Counted from the stretch's first letter, positions 40,180 through 52,879 are shown. The stretch is 64,000 nucleotides of DNA from Azolla caroliniana (GCA_043228905.1 JBHGNT010000001.1:24986001-25050000); one strand, 5' to 3'. Translations and numbers: made by a program. Notes: generated by a model not told the origin, from the sequence alone.

Positions 40180-41049
40180 CTATTTGCCTACATTTCCATC
40201 TTTAGGCACATCCTTAACCTTGTTTTTCAATCTTTCTTCATATGCTTTACGACGAGCATTTTGTTGTGAGATAGTACGATCTTCACTCACAAAGCATTGT
40301 GTACCTTTGAGGTATACCCAACTATTTTCGAGTATGATCCGCCGCTTTGTATCATCTGTCATTGTGCATACAATAGGCCTTTCTCCGGAGCGAGTAACAC
40401 CATGTTTCCCAACTCGGTGTGCCCCATATACATTCACATCTGACATCCCATAATGCATGCTAAAAAATTCACCAATGGCCTTTCCAAGGGATGTGGGTGT
40501 TTCCATACTCTCTTCTTTAATCCCACGGATGACAATGTTCTTTGATCGTCGTTCGCGTTCTTTCAATTCTCGGACATCTATGCTTTCTATATTCTTCTCT
40601 TGATGCATCACATGCATATTAGATGAGTTTGATAACACATCCCCACCACATACATCTGCCCATGACTTCGTTGTACATACATTTTTCATCTCACTTACAT
40701 CCCGCCTCATCGTATCCAATTTTTCTTCTTTTAATGCTTCCTTTAACTCAATCTTGTTAAGGCGCTCATTTGTTTCAAATGAAGCTCTTTTACATTCTTG
40801 AATCTCTTCTTGAAGTTTTGCAACCACTTGTTTAAGACTTTCATTCTCAATGACAACACTTTGGAGCTTAGTATTCTCTTTCATTAACATCCTAATCTCT
40901 TCACCTTGCTTGTTTATGGTTTCTTGAAGAGAAATCAAGTGACTCATAAGCATTTTGTCCATTGCATTAGAATCGAGATTTGTTGGTGATCTCGGCTCAT
41001 TATCAATCATACCCCCAAACTTTGCGGTGGTTTTACGAGTATTTGCCAT
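40180..41049 (-). CDS. LINE ORF1 protein (coiled coil plus RRM-like domain), 289 aa
   Basis: Intact ORF; heptad-rich N-terminal half; ERERRSKNIVIRGI.E...AHRVG...RPI...VSEDRT is typical of LINE ORF1 RNA-binding regions. Confidence 0.88.
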   Translation of the reverse strand: MANTRKTTAKFGGMIDNEPRSPTNLDSNAMDKMLMSHLISLQETINKQGEEIRMLMKENTKLQSVVIENESLKQVVAKLQEEIQECKRASFETNERLNKIELKEALKEEKLDTMRRDVSEMKNVCTTKSWADVCGGDVLSNSSNMHVMHQEKNIESIDVRELKERERRSKNIVIRGIKEESMETPTSLGKAIGEFFSMHYGMSDVNVYGAHRVGKHGVTRSGERPIVCTMTDDTKRRIILENSWVYLKGTQCFVSEDRTISQQNARRKAYEERLKNKVKDVPKDGNVGK

Positions 41050-41312
41050 TGTAGGGACAAACCGTACGGGAAAAGAGAGACAAAGAGGGAAGGAGAGAGA
41101 ATGTACCTTTCACTCGATTTAGGGCTTCAAAATCTACCTTCCGTTTGAGGAACCGTGGGGCAAAGATGGCTGCGGATGAAAATGCTCATAACTTCTCGCC
41201 ACGGTAACGGAATTCAGTAAATGAACATTCTTTAGAAAGCTCTCTCAAAGAGCTTTCCAACGAGCTATAGAACGTAGAAAACGATGGCCGGAGTGAACTT
41301 ACAGAGAGCTTT

Positions 41313-41349
<37 letters not shown>

Positions 41350-42759
41350 TTACCGATTATAATCAGTATATACTACCCTTGTAGTTGCTCTATTCAGTAA
41401 TCGATACATGTACTTTTTGGGTCAAACTTTGTGCCTATCTCGTCTTAACCTTATTTCTAATTTTGTTATCTAACATATGAAATCGTGAGCACAAATAGGT
41501 TATAGCCGATTCTTGGAGGGTCCACCCCCCGCAAGGTGTAAAGTTTCAGCCCTGCTATGCCGTGCCCTAGTCTCTCACGCGACCACAATTCCTTGACCCT
41601 ATTATTTTGGAAAAGTAATCGAAGGTATTCCTTCAATAGGGAGATAACACAATTTGGCACGCCCGATTCACACTGTGAGGTCACAACAAACAACACGTAG
41701 AAGAACTCCTAGTTGCCATAATGACGCCCACCCGTGACACACGTTCTCGGCTACCATCCCGCCGAGCCTCACTAGTTGAGGGCATCTCCGACTCAACCCT
41801 CACGCCGAAAACGTCACCAGAGCATTCCGCATCGTGCCACTCCCCGTTGCCGGCCCTAGACGCTCAGCCGACTGTGGGCTCCAACCCTGTTTCGCCTCGT
41901 AGCCCCCCTGGAGTCAACCAAGCCGAATACAACCCCTTTTCAGCATTACCCGAAGATCCAGAATTCAACACCATGCCATATCCATATCAACATTACACGG
42001 ATGACCCCGACGCAGAATCACACATCAGAACCTTCTTTGTCGACATGACAAGCCAACCACTCGATGAAGCATCTGATAGCTACCGAGGCAAACTCGTCCA
42101 AAATCGTGGAGTTCACCTTGTCCCTCGATAGAACCGTCGTGCGCTAGTATTCTCAGCATGACCTGTGAGAATTTGCGACGTTTCAAGACATCTACAATCG
42201 ATTCCTCGAACTATTCCATCGAGGGATACCCAAGCGAGAACTACTCTGCCAGTTCTACATAATCGCACAAGAGCCGAATGAAACGGTCTCCCACTTAACG
42301 ATCCGCTTCCAGGATCTTTATGGCCTGCTTGCTCACGATGTATCCGCAAATCATCTAGAGGACACAGTCCTTGCAGGACTATGGGAGCCTCTTCGCACGA
42401 CTTTAGCCTTAAACGATTGTCACAGAAAACAATCTATCAAGTGGTCGCATGCGTCCTTGCTTTGGATAGAGCTCAAACGAGTACCTCTTTTTCTATGAGT
42501 TCCCTCGAAAGTGCTTTACCAACACACAAAGAAACCCAATTCCGGCAGGCGATCCAATGCAAAACATGCTTGAATTCCAGCCACTCCGCCATGGATTGTG
42601 CTCTGCGACCACATTGCCCGATCTGCCACTCCCGAGCACACACGGTGGAGCACTATGAATATAATATGCTCAACCACACATCCATTGCCCCGGTACACCA
42701 AATTGAACCTCGTCACAATCGTCCTCGACAGGATAATCGTAATCGTCCGCCACCTCGAT

Positions 42760-45002
42760 TTCCGAAAAACCTTCTTGTCGATCAAGTCCCTCACTCGGTA
42801 GCCAAACTCATCATCGGCTTATCCAAGGAATATGCATGGTCGGGACTTCAGATCGAATTTCTCTCTGTTGTCCTTTGCTACATGTACGTAGGCAAGACAA
42901 CTGAACACCGTCAAATGCTGATAAGACACGTCTTTACCGGTTCATACTCTTTGTGGCGTGTCTCCGTCCAAGGGTGCTCAGTGTGATCTGTTTCTCACAT
43001 AGGTCGCAATCATCAGCACCTCAACCCAAAACGTCTTGGACAACTTAGCATGTGCCAGCATGCTTTGGACCCTCTACATCACGGTCCGGTTCATGCTTTC
43101 AGCCAATCCATTCAATTATGGCGTCTTCAGCACAATAAATTCAAGCCGGATTCCTTTTGACTAGTAGTACTCCTTGAACTGCCCTTGGTACTCTCCACCC
43201 TTGTCGGCTAAAATTGTCTTTAGCTTCCGGTTGGTTTCTCTTTCCACTCTCGCGTGTAACTCCTTGAAGACGGTCAACACCTAATCCTTTATCTTAAGCG
43301 GTGAGACCCACAACTTCTGGTTATGGTCATCTATGAACATCACAAAGTACTGCGACCCAGCATGTGACTTCGTGTTCACCTGGCATACTGCGGTATGCAC
43401 AAGCTCCAGCGGGGCATAATACCTCGATGGTGGTTAGGTTCGGAAAGAGGTTTGGTTTTGCTTGCCGGCCAAACAGTCGGTGCACTTCTCAAGCTACACG
43501 TCTTTCACATCCGGAATGAGGTTATCTTCGCCAAGTCTCTCCATTCCCTTCTGGCTCATGTGACATAACCTCTTGTGCCACAACTCACCGGCAGTGTCGG
43601 ATACCACGTTCACTTCTTCCCGGCATATCTAGGCATGCATAAGGTATAACGTATTGTTCTTCTGAGCTCGAGCCACGATCAGACTCCCTTTGCCGAACTT
43701 CATGACTCCGTTCCGGATGCTACTCATGTAGCCTTCATCATCCAGCCGACTGACTGATAGTTGGCATTGTCGGTTCCTTTCTCCTTCCGGAAATGTCAAC
43801 AATTCTTCTAGAAGTGCCCCGACTTTCCGCAATAAAAGCAAGTTGGCCTCCCCCTTGACTTCAACCTCATCCCGGATTTGTCCCGGTTTTGGGGGCTTCA
43901 ATTTTGGCTTGTTCCCCGGTTATTGTCGTCTTTCGTAACCAAGGCCTTCGGATCGGTTCCAGATTCCCGGTCCTTCTGGAGACCTTATTCATCTAGCAAA
44001 CTCAACTTTACTCTTGCCAGGGATAAGTGTTTCATTTCCGGCCTGGCATTGCCCAAAGTGACAAACAATGTCTCCCAACTATCCGGGAGGAAACCGAGCA
44101 ACAATAATGCGAGTACCTCATCAGGTAAAGGTACTTCAAATGAGCTTGTTTGATTGATAAGCCCCTCGAAGACACGTATGTGTTCCGCCATACTAGAGTC
44201 GTCTTGGTATTAGAGCCTCACTAACTTCCATAATACTGAGACCCGATTCACACCATTCTTGTTTTCAAACATGATACCTATGTTCTCCTAGAGTTCATGA
44301 GCCTTACTCTCTTCATTGAAGTTGTTGTACATGCTCATATCGATGAAGCATCGAATATAGGTTGTTGTCTTCATGTGCATCACCTCCCAAGTTGGCACAT
44401 CTATTTTGTCTGGTTTTGTGTCTCCAAACTGTATCGGCAATCAGAGATCTTTTACCACCAACATGTCCCTCATCTTCTACTTCCATACTGAAATAGTGCT
44501 CGGCCACAACCGAGTCTCAAACGCACGATGGAAGAAATAAATTTTTTTTATAACAATGCACTTATCAAGATAGAAGAGACGACACCATATGTTAACGTGG
44601 AAAACGCTAATAAGGGAAAAACCACAGGAGCCCACACACTCCAACTATTACTATAAGAGGAAGGATAGAAATAGGAGATTCAGAGGCAACGACCTCAAGC
44701 TCTATCTTTGCCTACCAGCGGTTACAACAGAAACGACTCTCTGTATCTCTTATTCTCTCTGTCTCTCTGTACAACAATAATGATGATCAAACACATAACA
44801 ATTTTGCCTTAGTTATATTTATACTTATATAACTTTAGGACTATTCACAAATATGACCTCAACAGTCACGTCTGAACAAATTCACTAATATGTTCCTATT
44901 TGTTGGTTCATACTGGATCAGGCTAGACTCCTTCCAAATCTATCCGATCTGGCTTGTTTGGTTCTCATTTGGATCCCATCCTGAAGGACTTGTTTCCCAA
45001 CA
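42760..45002 (-). mobile_element. Copia 5' fragment (LTR 45002-44489, gag to integrase) nested in the Tat-like gypsy
   Basis: WK.KMRDM gag start, LLLLGFLPDSWETL, WHKRLCHMSQKG, YFVMFIDD integrase; internal deletions; PBS lost. Confidence 0.8.
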
Positions 45003-47758
45003 CGGAAAAGATCAGATGACAGTGCCCTTGCAGGACCACCACTAATGGACTCCCAGAGCCCTACCGTGAAGCTCATTTCAAAGGGCGCCATGTACACGGT
45101 TTGATTATCGATGGTGGATCGGGGGTCAACGTCATTAGCGAGTCCACTTTCCAAGTTCTCGGCATTACTCAATAGGAACCATGCCGATTTTGGCTTTGAA
45201 TGGCGGATACAAGTTCCATCCGGCCAATGGGCTTAATTAATCCGACACCTCGATGTCATTCTCGGAGGCCACACATTCACGATTTCAGGAGTGGTATTAT
45301 GGTTGTATGCTCCAGGCACCTACCTGTGTTGCTCGGTCGTCCTTGGTTATGCACGACGAACATTAAGCAACATTGGCAGCGCAACATGATCTGCTTGCGG
45401 CGTGGGAAAACAAAGGTACGTGTTGTCACGGAGGAGCAAGTCGCAACCCCAAAGGACACCATTCCTGTATATGTTGAAGGTTCATATGCTTGATGGACTA
45501 GCTTGATGAAGTCGATAGCTTTTGGGAGGACCACCCAAAGATTGTCCTGCTTTTCGACATCGACATCGTGACAACCGTCAATCCATATGTTTTCGAGCGG
45601 GCCGAAAGGAGATCGAGATATAGGCCGAGAACCCGATCCGAAATCAATTGAAGAATTATGTCATGCACGCGAAGTTCTCGAACAAGAATTAGCCATCTCC
45701 CAACATGTGAAAGCATTCACACTAGAAGAAATCAATGTCAATACAAGTGCGGATCCAACACTGCTAAAAATAGCAAAGGAACTAGCCCACGACGAACGCT
45801 CGGCATTTGTGGGTCTGCTCATGGAGTATCAACATGTCTTTGCATGGTCATACAACAACATGAAAGGGTTAGATCCACGATACTACCAGCACCAAATCCA
45901 TCTGAAGCAAGATACTCGACCCATACAACAACGCCATTACCGAATGAATCCCAATTACATGGCAAAAGTCAAAGAGGAAATCGACAAGCTCCTCCGGGTG
46001 GGATTCATTAAACCCGTCAAACGTGCCACATGGCTAAGTCCTATCATGGTCGTCCCAAAGAAAAACGGAAAAATAAGGGTCTGTGTCGATTATCGGAAGC
46101 TCAATGCGGAGACCATCACTGACGCATTCCCTTTTCCTTTGAAGGATGGACTGCTACATACCGTGGCGGGCCATGAACGATATAGATTCCTCGATGGGTT
46201 CAATGGTTACAATAAGATCCGTATGCACCCAGAAAACCAAGAAAAGACAACATTCGTAACAGAATGGGGTGTTTTCGTGGCGGTCGTGATGATGTTCGGG
46301 CTAAAGACGACACTGGCCACTTTCCAACGAATCATCGCCGAAATTTTCGACGACTATATTTCGGCATTCATGCAAGTCTTCCTCGATGATTTTGCCGTGT
46401 ACGACCATCAAGTAGAGCATCTTGACCAATTACGTCTCTATCTCGATCATTGTCGCAAGCTTGGGTTAGCCTGAACCTCACGAAATGCACGTTCAACGTC
46501 TCTAGCAGTGCCCTACTGGGGCATATCGTCAGCTGAGAGGGGATTGCTATGGACCCCGATAAAGTGCATGTCATAGCTTCCCGTCGAACCCTCGCTCTCC
46601 CTGCCCTGCCCGGCCCGGCCCAGCCAGACAAGGCGGCAACGAGCTTCACACCTTGCCTAGGAGGAATGAAAGGATGATGTGCCCACGGCCAACCCAAGCC
46701 ACCAAGGCCCAGGAACCAGTGGAAAATATCACCATACGGGGGCGCGAAAAGCCCAAGACAACTACCCTAATGGAGAAGCCCAAGCCTAAATGAGCAAGCC
46801 CATTGTCATGAAGATTTTCGGCTCTGGTGGGGAAGCTGGGTGGAGCGAGTAAAAACGGAGATGTGCACCGTTTGCACATGGCCCTTGATAAAATGAAGAT
46901 ATTAATGAGAGAAATGGGGGATGGAATATTGGGCCTCCCACATTCTAACATGCCTCTCTCCTTGAACTATAAAAGGAGTGAGGGGGCTCTTATTAAGGGG
47001 TCGCCCATTTTGAGTTAGGAGGGTGTACTGTTAGATCTAGGGTTTGGTAGTTTTCTCTTCTTCTTCTTATTTTCCTTAAGGTTTCTACTTTGGTCTTCTT
47101 CGCCTTATTTAGTTTTTAGGGTTTCATTTAGGTATTCTTCGTCATCGTCTTGTGGGGTTTGGTTCTTTCTTCTTGAGTGGAGGTTTATTGTTCTGTTTTG
47201 GTTCTTCATCTTGTGAAGACTCGTGGGAGATTTAGGGTTTCGGTTTTCTTTGTGTAATCTAGGTTTCATGAGTTTGGGGTTTTGGGTCTCACCTTCTTCT
47301 TGGTTGAGTTAGGGTTTTCGTTTGGGGTTCATACAATGGTGACCCTTTGGCATTCCGGTGGTGGCATTTGGTGGGTTGGCTTCTCCTCGATGCAAAGCAG
47401 TTCGCGTGGTGGCCGATTCGAGAAGGGAGGACGAAGTGGCACGGGAACACTCCACCGTCTTCGGGGCATGACCAATGGTTGACGTCGCAGTCCCGGTGGC
47501 CCACTCGACTCGCCTTTTCCAATTCTCATTCGTTAACTTGTATTTAGCTGATTGTGTTGTAATAGCCACCGGATTCGTGGCATGTAAGCCATCTTGTTGT
47601 AAAGCATTTGTAATATATATATGTTTGTGTATATCCTTTTTCTATTTTAACCTATTTGAGTTGAGTCCTTAATCGCAGCTAATCTTCTTGTTGAAACCAA
47701 AATCTTTGTCGATCGGAAACCGATCTGGTCGAGAATCGACGCGACCGGAAGCCGATGG

Positions 47759-48901
47759 TGTCGTGAAGATTTTCGGCAATGGTGTGAAAATCAAATAAAA
47801 TGTACGAAATCAAGTGTGATTCACATAAAACAATAATAGTGAAGATAATAATTTAAATATGCTTAATATCTTAGTACAAAAAGATGGAGGTCTTCAAGAG
47901 CTTTCAAATGTGCTTTACCACATAAAAAACGAACATCTAAGTGACAAGTTATATGGGAGTGAAGTATGAGAAAATAAAACTGTGAGATATCCCACATAGA
48001 CAGGAAATAAAGATTTCACCATATATAAGGTAGAACAAAAGCTATTATCTTTGTGTCTATGTGTGGAGCATAGAGAGTTCAAGGTGACTTGAACTAAGCT
48101 ATTGGATGAATGGGTGTGACCTGGCTACTTACAAAGGTTTTGCCCAACCAAAACCGGACTGGCAACGTAACCGGCATCCGGCAACGTAATCGGGACTTGG
48201 CGACCGAACGGTAATCGGCATCTGGCATCCAGCGACCGAACCAGAATCTGGCGACTGACGGAAACCGACATCATCCGGCGACCGACGGTAACTGGCATCC
48301 GACATAGACAGGAAAATCGGCGTTAGGCGACCAGATAGATATATAAATAAATAAATAAATAAATGTATACACAAGGACTGCAAGTGTGGATTTGAACCTT
48401 ACACCTCCAAGTTGAGAGTCTATAAGCTTACCACTAAGCCAAGACATTTTCTTGAAATAATATTTTTATCATTGTAACTTTACATGTAAATTCTCATACA
48501 TGAGAGCTAAAATGAGTGACGTGGTTATCTTGCACCACATGTAATACATGAGCGCCAAATGGCAAACATGCATTTTATGCATGTCTTGAACCCTCAAATG
48601 CATGAGGGCATCTATAAAAGAGGGGATTTCTTTGATAAAAAAAGGTTTTTTACTTTAAATCAAAATTAATATTAAGAAGAAAATTCATTATCCTTTTGAT
48701 GATATACCTTGTTCTTGAATTCTAAAGTCAAGAGTTCTTAATCTCTCTCTCAATCTAAAATCAAGCGTTCTATCTTATCTCAATCTCTCTCTTTCAATCT
48801 CTCCTTTCTCGCTAAAGCTTGTGCCAACTTCGAATCCTTCTAGTCCAGAACCCCGGCGGTTCCGCCTCGTGATCCGCGCGTAGTGACGGATCTTCACGAC
48901 A
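47759..48901 (+). mobile_element. Nested solo LTR with a 12-bp terminal inverted repeat
   Basis: TGTCGTGAAGAT / ATCTTCACGACA; apparent 4-bp TSD ATGG / ACGG; TATA near 48614; (ccggca)-rich repeats 48155-48330. Confidence 0.8.
48378..48448 (-). other. tRNA-derived segment (Glu-CTC-like) inside the LTR
   Basis: A box TGGCTTAGTGG, loop CTCTCAA, B box GGTTCAAATCC, T-rich run downstream; stems poorly paired, so not a functional tRNA. Confidence 0.6.
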
Positions 48902-49429
48902 ACGGGTTGAAGCCCGTAAAGCACAAGACCTTCACCCCCTTTCACTCCCTAGTCTGAGACCCCCATGGTCCAGCTCAAGCCGATACGTGCACGTAGATTT
49001 CCGCGACACTGCGACAAGACCTCCGGGAGGAGACCCGGACAACCTCGATCGACAATCGGAAACCATCCGTGGAATGGCCTAAATGGCTCCAAGAGGATTC
49101 TACGAACGCGAAGAAGACGTCCTCACAACCAAACCCTGCAAAGAAACACCGCCGATTGCAACAACACAATGAAGAGAAAAACCAAGGGGACTCGGTTGAG
49201 AACCTGCAATTAGTTGTCATCCTTGAGAAGACCATCGTTGTCATCCAGGGAAAGGCTCTAGCCTTGTCCAAGAATACAGAAAAGGGTCAAGCTTCCCGTA
49301 TCTCGAAAAACGAAGTACTGACCTTCAAGGACCTGCCCGCCGAACCCTATGAGCTCGGCAAAATCCTACAACATGGCACGACGTACGAGCAATAGACGAC
49401 ATATGATGAAGATTGTAGAGCTTTGTATA

Positions 49430-51564
49430 GAAAACTTATAGTGTCACAATATAATGGTACTATTTCCTTATTACAAGCTCACAAAGAGATGCGCAAGATG
49501 ACACGTCATAAAAGACGAGATTGGGAAGTATCTCAATATTGGGAACTCTACCACATGCTCATGAGTAGGGACTGCGCCCTTCCATGGAAGTGTTGCAAAA
49601 TGCGGAATATTGCTCGGTCACAACCGAGTCTTAGATCATTTCGTTTCGAATCAGACACCGAGAATGGGGTCGGAGGAGAAATACGCGTACACACAGACAA
49701 CAAGAAACACGAGAGAGTGCACAGGATGTTTACGTGGAAAACCTTAAACGGGAAAAACCACAGGGGCCCACAAGCTCCAAACTATCACAATGTCTAAGAG
49801 GAATGCAACAGGGGAACACAGAGGCAACGATCTTGTGCTCACAATCTTCGCCTGGCGGCGGTTATAACAGAGGCGCACACTCTATCTCTGTCTCTTTCCC
49901 TGTGTTACGCTTTGTACAACAGTTACACCAATAACTCTATACAAAGTAATGACAACACAATAATACACCACATAAGTGTTTGCCCTAGCTCATATATATA
50001 CTAATATGAGATTAGGACTAATTACAGATATAGCCCCAATGGGTTCTTAGAAACATATTTCCATATATGTCCCTTCATCCGGTGAGAGGTTCTCACCAGG
50101 CCTGCGTCATCCGGTTCTCACCGGGTCTTCCTTGCCGGGTACGCATATCCCATCCGGAGGGACCGAAATCCTTACCGGAAGAGTCTACGGGAACCGAGAC
50201 CACAAACACCCATCGAGGATCCCCACACTTGGCACACATATACATAGAGACTCTACCACATCCCAAACCAACCACCCATTCCAATGCCTTCTACACCTCG
50301 ACCTACCACAGGGACAGTTTTCACGACCTCTAGGGTCACGAGGATCATAAAAGAAATACAATATAGGAAATCCATGGACTACTGAGGGTTTCCACCACAA
50401 TGGACCATGACACAGTGGCCCCTATACATAAAGGAGGGGACACGATGGACCCAAATACATATAGGACCATTATGATAGGTCATACACTCACTAAACTATA
50501 TGGTGCAATAATGGAAGCAGAGCTCATCGATTATATGGATACCTTAAGCCTTCGAGCATCTGAGCAGGCTGGCTTTAGACGAGCCTTTTCCACTATTGAC
50601 CATATCTTCACACTTAGATGCTTTAATGACCAGACGAAGGCTCACAAGAAGAAACTATATTGTTGATTTGTGGACTTATGCAAAGCCTTTGACATAGTTC
50701 CTAGGGAGCGGTTTTTTGATAAGCTTAGAAGCTTGGAGATACCAAATGACATTATTTGGGCCATCCGTAGGTTGTGTTCAGACTCCAAGAGCAAAACTAT
50801 GTCGTCAACATAGAGTAAGAGACTAACTTGTGTGCCCTCAATGGCTACTCTGTTGCCTCCCTTACGAGCAATAACATCAGTGATCTCATCAATGTAGATC
50901 CCAAAAAGAGTTGGTGATAGAGGTCAACCCTGTTTTACACCAATCGTGCTGGAGAAGCAATTAGAGAGGCCACCTTGGCATCTGACACACCTAGAGACTT
51001 GCTCATATAGCCCTAGTTGACTTTTACACACAACAAGGATTTGTAGTGAATCTAACGAAAACTAAAGCCCTTATCTTTCACACATCGTCTCTAGTTAGGA
51101 GTAAGTGTCACCTACTCCTCTCTCATAAACCAGTTGAGGTAGTTGGATTATATGTATATCTGGGAGTCACTTTTAGTGCTCGTTCAGGTAATTTCTCGAT
51201 GACCTAGGCAGCCAAAGATAGGCTAACGAGAGGGTATGCATCCCTCTCCCTCTTAGAGAGACGGTGCTACCAAGCATACTTTCAAGAGCCACGGACTAAG
51301 GGATAGCTCTTCGACTCATTAGTAACCCCTTTACTCATGTATGCATCAGTAGTATGGGGTCTAGGTGTACCGTCCTTCATGTGGACGCAATTAGAGAGAC
51401 CTTTGGTAATGAAGTTATCACGTCAACTCCGAAGCAATTTGACAATACCACATAACATTATTAGATCAGAGTTCAGTCTGCCCCCAATGTTAGTAGAAGC
51501 AATCTTCCAATTGGTAGTTTTTATTCATAGGATACATAGCCAACCACAAGATAGGATATCCCAT
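49430..51564 (+). mobile_element. Decayed LINE ORF2 fragment of a second, related RTEX-like family
   Basis: PIHKGGD.MDPNTYRTIMIG...QAGFRRAFSTIDHIFTL...KAFD; YLGV; carries a solo LTR and an internal inversion. Confidence 0.85.
49591..50176 (-). mobile_element. Solo LTR in the LINE fragment
   Basis: TSD GGAAG (49586-49590, 50177-50181); U5-like 'acgtggaaaacc...aaaaaccacagg'. Confidence 0.8.
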
Positions 51565-52216
51565 TGTTGCGGTATTCCACGTGTATGTGTCGGCTTGGGT
51601 GGGACCACGGCCGTCACTAACTAGGGAGTCAGATGGCGGAGGCCTTAAGCTTCGTGAGCTTCGATCCGTTGGCTTTCCATCCGGATCGGGTTCTGGATAT
51701 GACGAAGGTAGGGTTCAAGAAGTCGGCTCACCGCGATTAAGGACTCAACTCAAATATGCTAAAATAGAAGAGGGATATACACAAACATATGTATATTACA
51801 AAAGCTTTACAACAAGACGCTTACATGCCATGAATCTGGTGGCTATTACAAAACAATTGGCGAATACAACAAGTTACGAATGGGAACCGGCGAAGGCGAG
51901 TCATGTGGGCCACTAGGATCGCGATGTCCACCGTTGGTCATGCCCCGAAGATGGTGGAGTGTTCCCGTGCCACTTTGCCATCCCTTCTCGAACCAGCCGC
52001 CACGCGAAACGCTCACCATCGAGGAGAGGAACCCGAACCACGAAGTGCCGCCACCAAAATGCCGAAGAGCCGTCATTGTAGAAACCCCAAACCAAAGATC
52101 CAAACTCTTACACGAAGAAGAAGAAGAGAGTAACACCCAAAACCCTACCATGACCCTAACTCACACGAAAACGAAGAACCCAAAACCCACAAGAAGAAAC
52201 CCTAAATCTACTAACA
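51565..52216 (-). mobile_element. Partial LTR, same family as 46804-49008
   Basis: Reverse-complement similarity to about 47030-47758 plus 48902-49008; TGTTGCGG terminus. Confidence 0.75.
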
Positions 52217-52879
52217 CCGGGTCATTTGCAACGAGTAATATGTCACATTCTCTTTTTCATATCTTAGTGAGATGTTAAAAAATGACTTATTTAAGTAGAA
52301 TTTCAAAAAGGCACGACGCATGCGTATGTGGTTTATGAAAACATCGCGAAAAATAGAACTAACTAATATCACGTCAACAAAATCATCCGACGTATATTCT
52401 ATCTACCATGTTTTTGTCCAAATCTTAGACAATGGTATATTTGTCAATGCAAGTATAATGGTAACACGAGTCCTTGTGCATATTCTAAAACGCATACCCC
52501 ACTGAATAAGTGACTTCTTCTAGTTATGTGTGTATATTTATATATAATATCTCTTAAAGCAAATTGTGAACCTTGTAATTAAGATATACTACTATGTCAA
52601 GAGAAAATTTCCATTGACACGTGATACATGACACTGTCAATGTATAAATAAACTAGTCTACAATAACATTCCAATCATACGAGTAAATAAAGACTCTGTA
52701 ACGTGAACGTTTTGTGTTCCCATCTTTTGTTGACTTTTCTTGATTCCCGCACATGCACGTCGTGTACTATTATAGAAGTTGTACGCCGCATGGTGTGCTT
52801 TAAATGCCTGACGTCATGCCATTTCGTGGTGTCCGTTCATTTTTATTTATTTATTTTCCTCATGCATTCGCCATATATT

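Larger units (their letters stand above)
36707..41347 (-). mobile_element. Full-length two-ORF LINE (RTEX-like) inserted in (GA)n
   Basis: 5' UTR 41050-41316, ORF1, ORF2, short 3' UTR, (TCTA)n tail 36719-36742; (GA)n tracts at both ends (36707-36718, 41316-41347). Confidence 0.92.
36410..46575 (+). mobile_element. Non-chromoviral (Tat-like) gypsy: 5' LTR 36410-41649 interrupted by a LINE, PBS, gag, protease, RT
   Basis: TGTTATC...GATAACA termini; TATA near 36610; PBS TGGCACGCCC at 41655 (non-Met, probably tRNA-Arg); gag 41720-42760 with CCHC motifs; IIDGGSGVN protease near 45105; RT 45587-46474 (FLDDF). Confidence 0.8.
46804..49008 (+). mobile_element. LTR (TGTCATGAAGAT...CCGCGACA) interrupted by a second LTR
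   Basis: TATA near 46968; both parts align to the uninterrupted reverse copy at 51565-52216. Confidence 0.75.

Noticed and set aside
42757-45007. TSD (CCGAA / CGGAA) around the nested copia fragment
   Set aside because: The left end has no LTR and the bases can be read as copia integrase sequence.
48378-48448. Functional tRNA gene
   Set aside because: Acceptor and anticodon stems do not pair properly; kept only as tRNA-derived.
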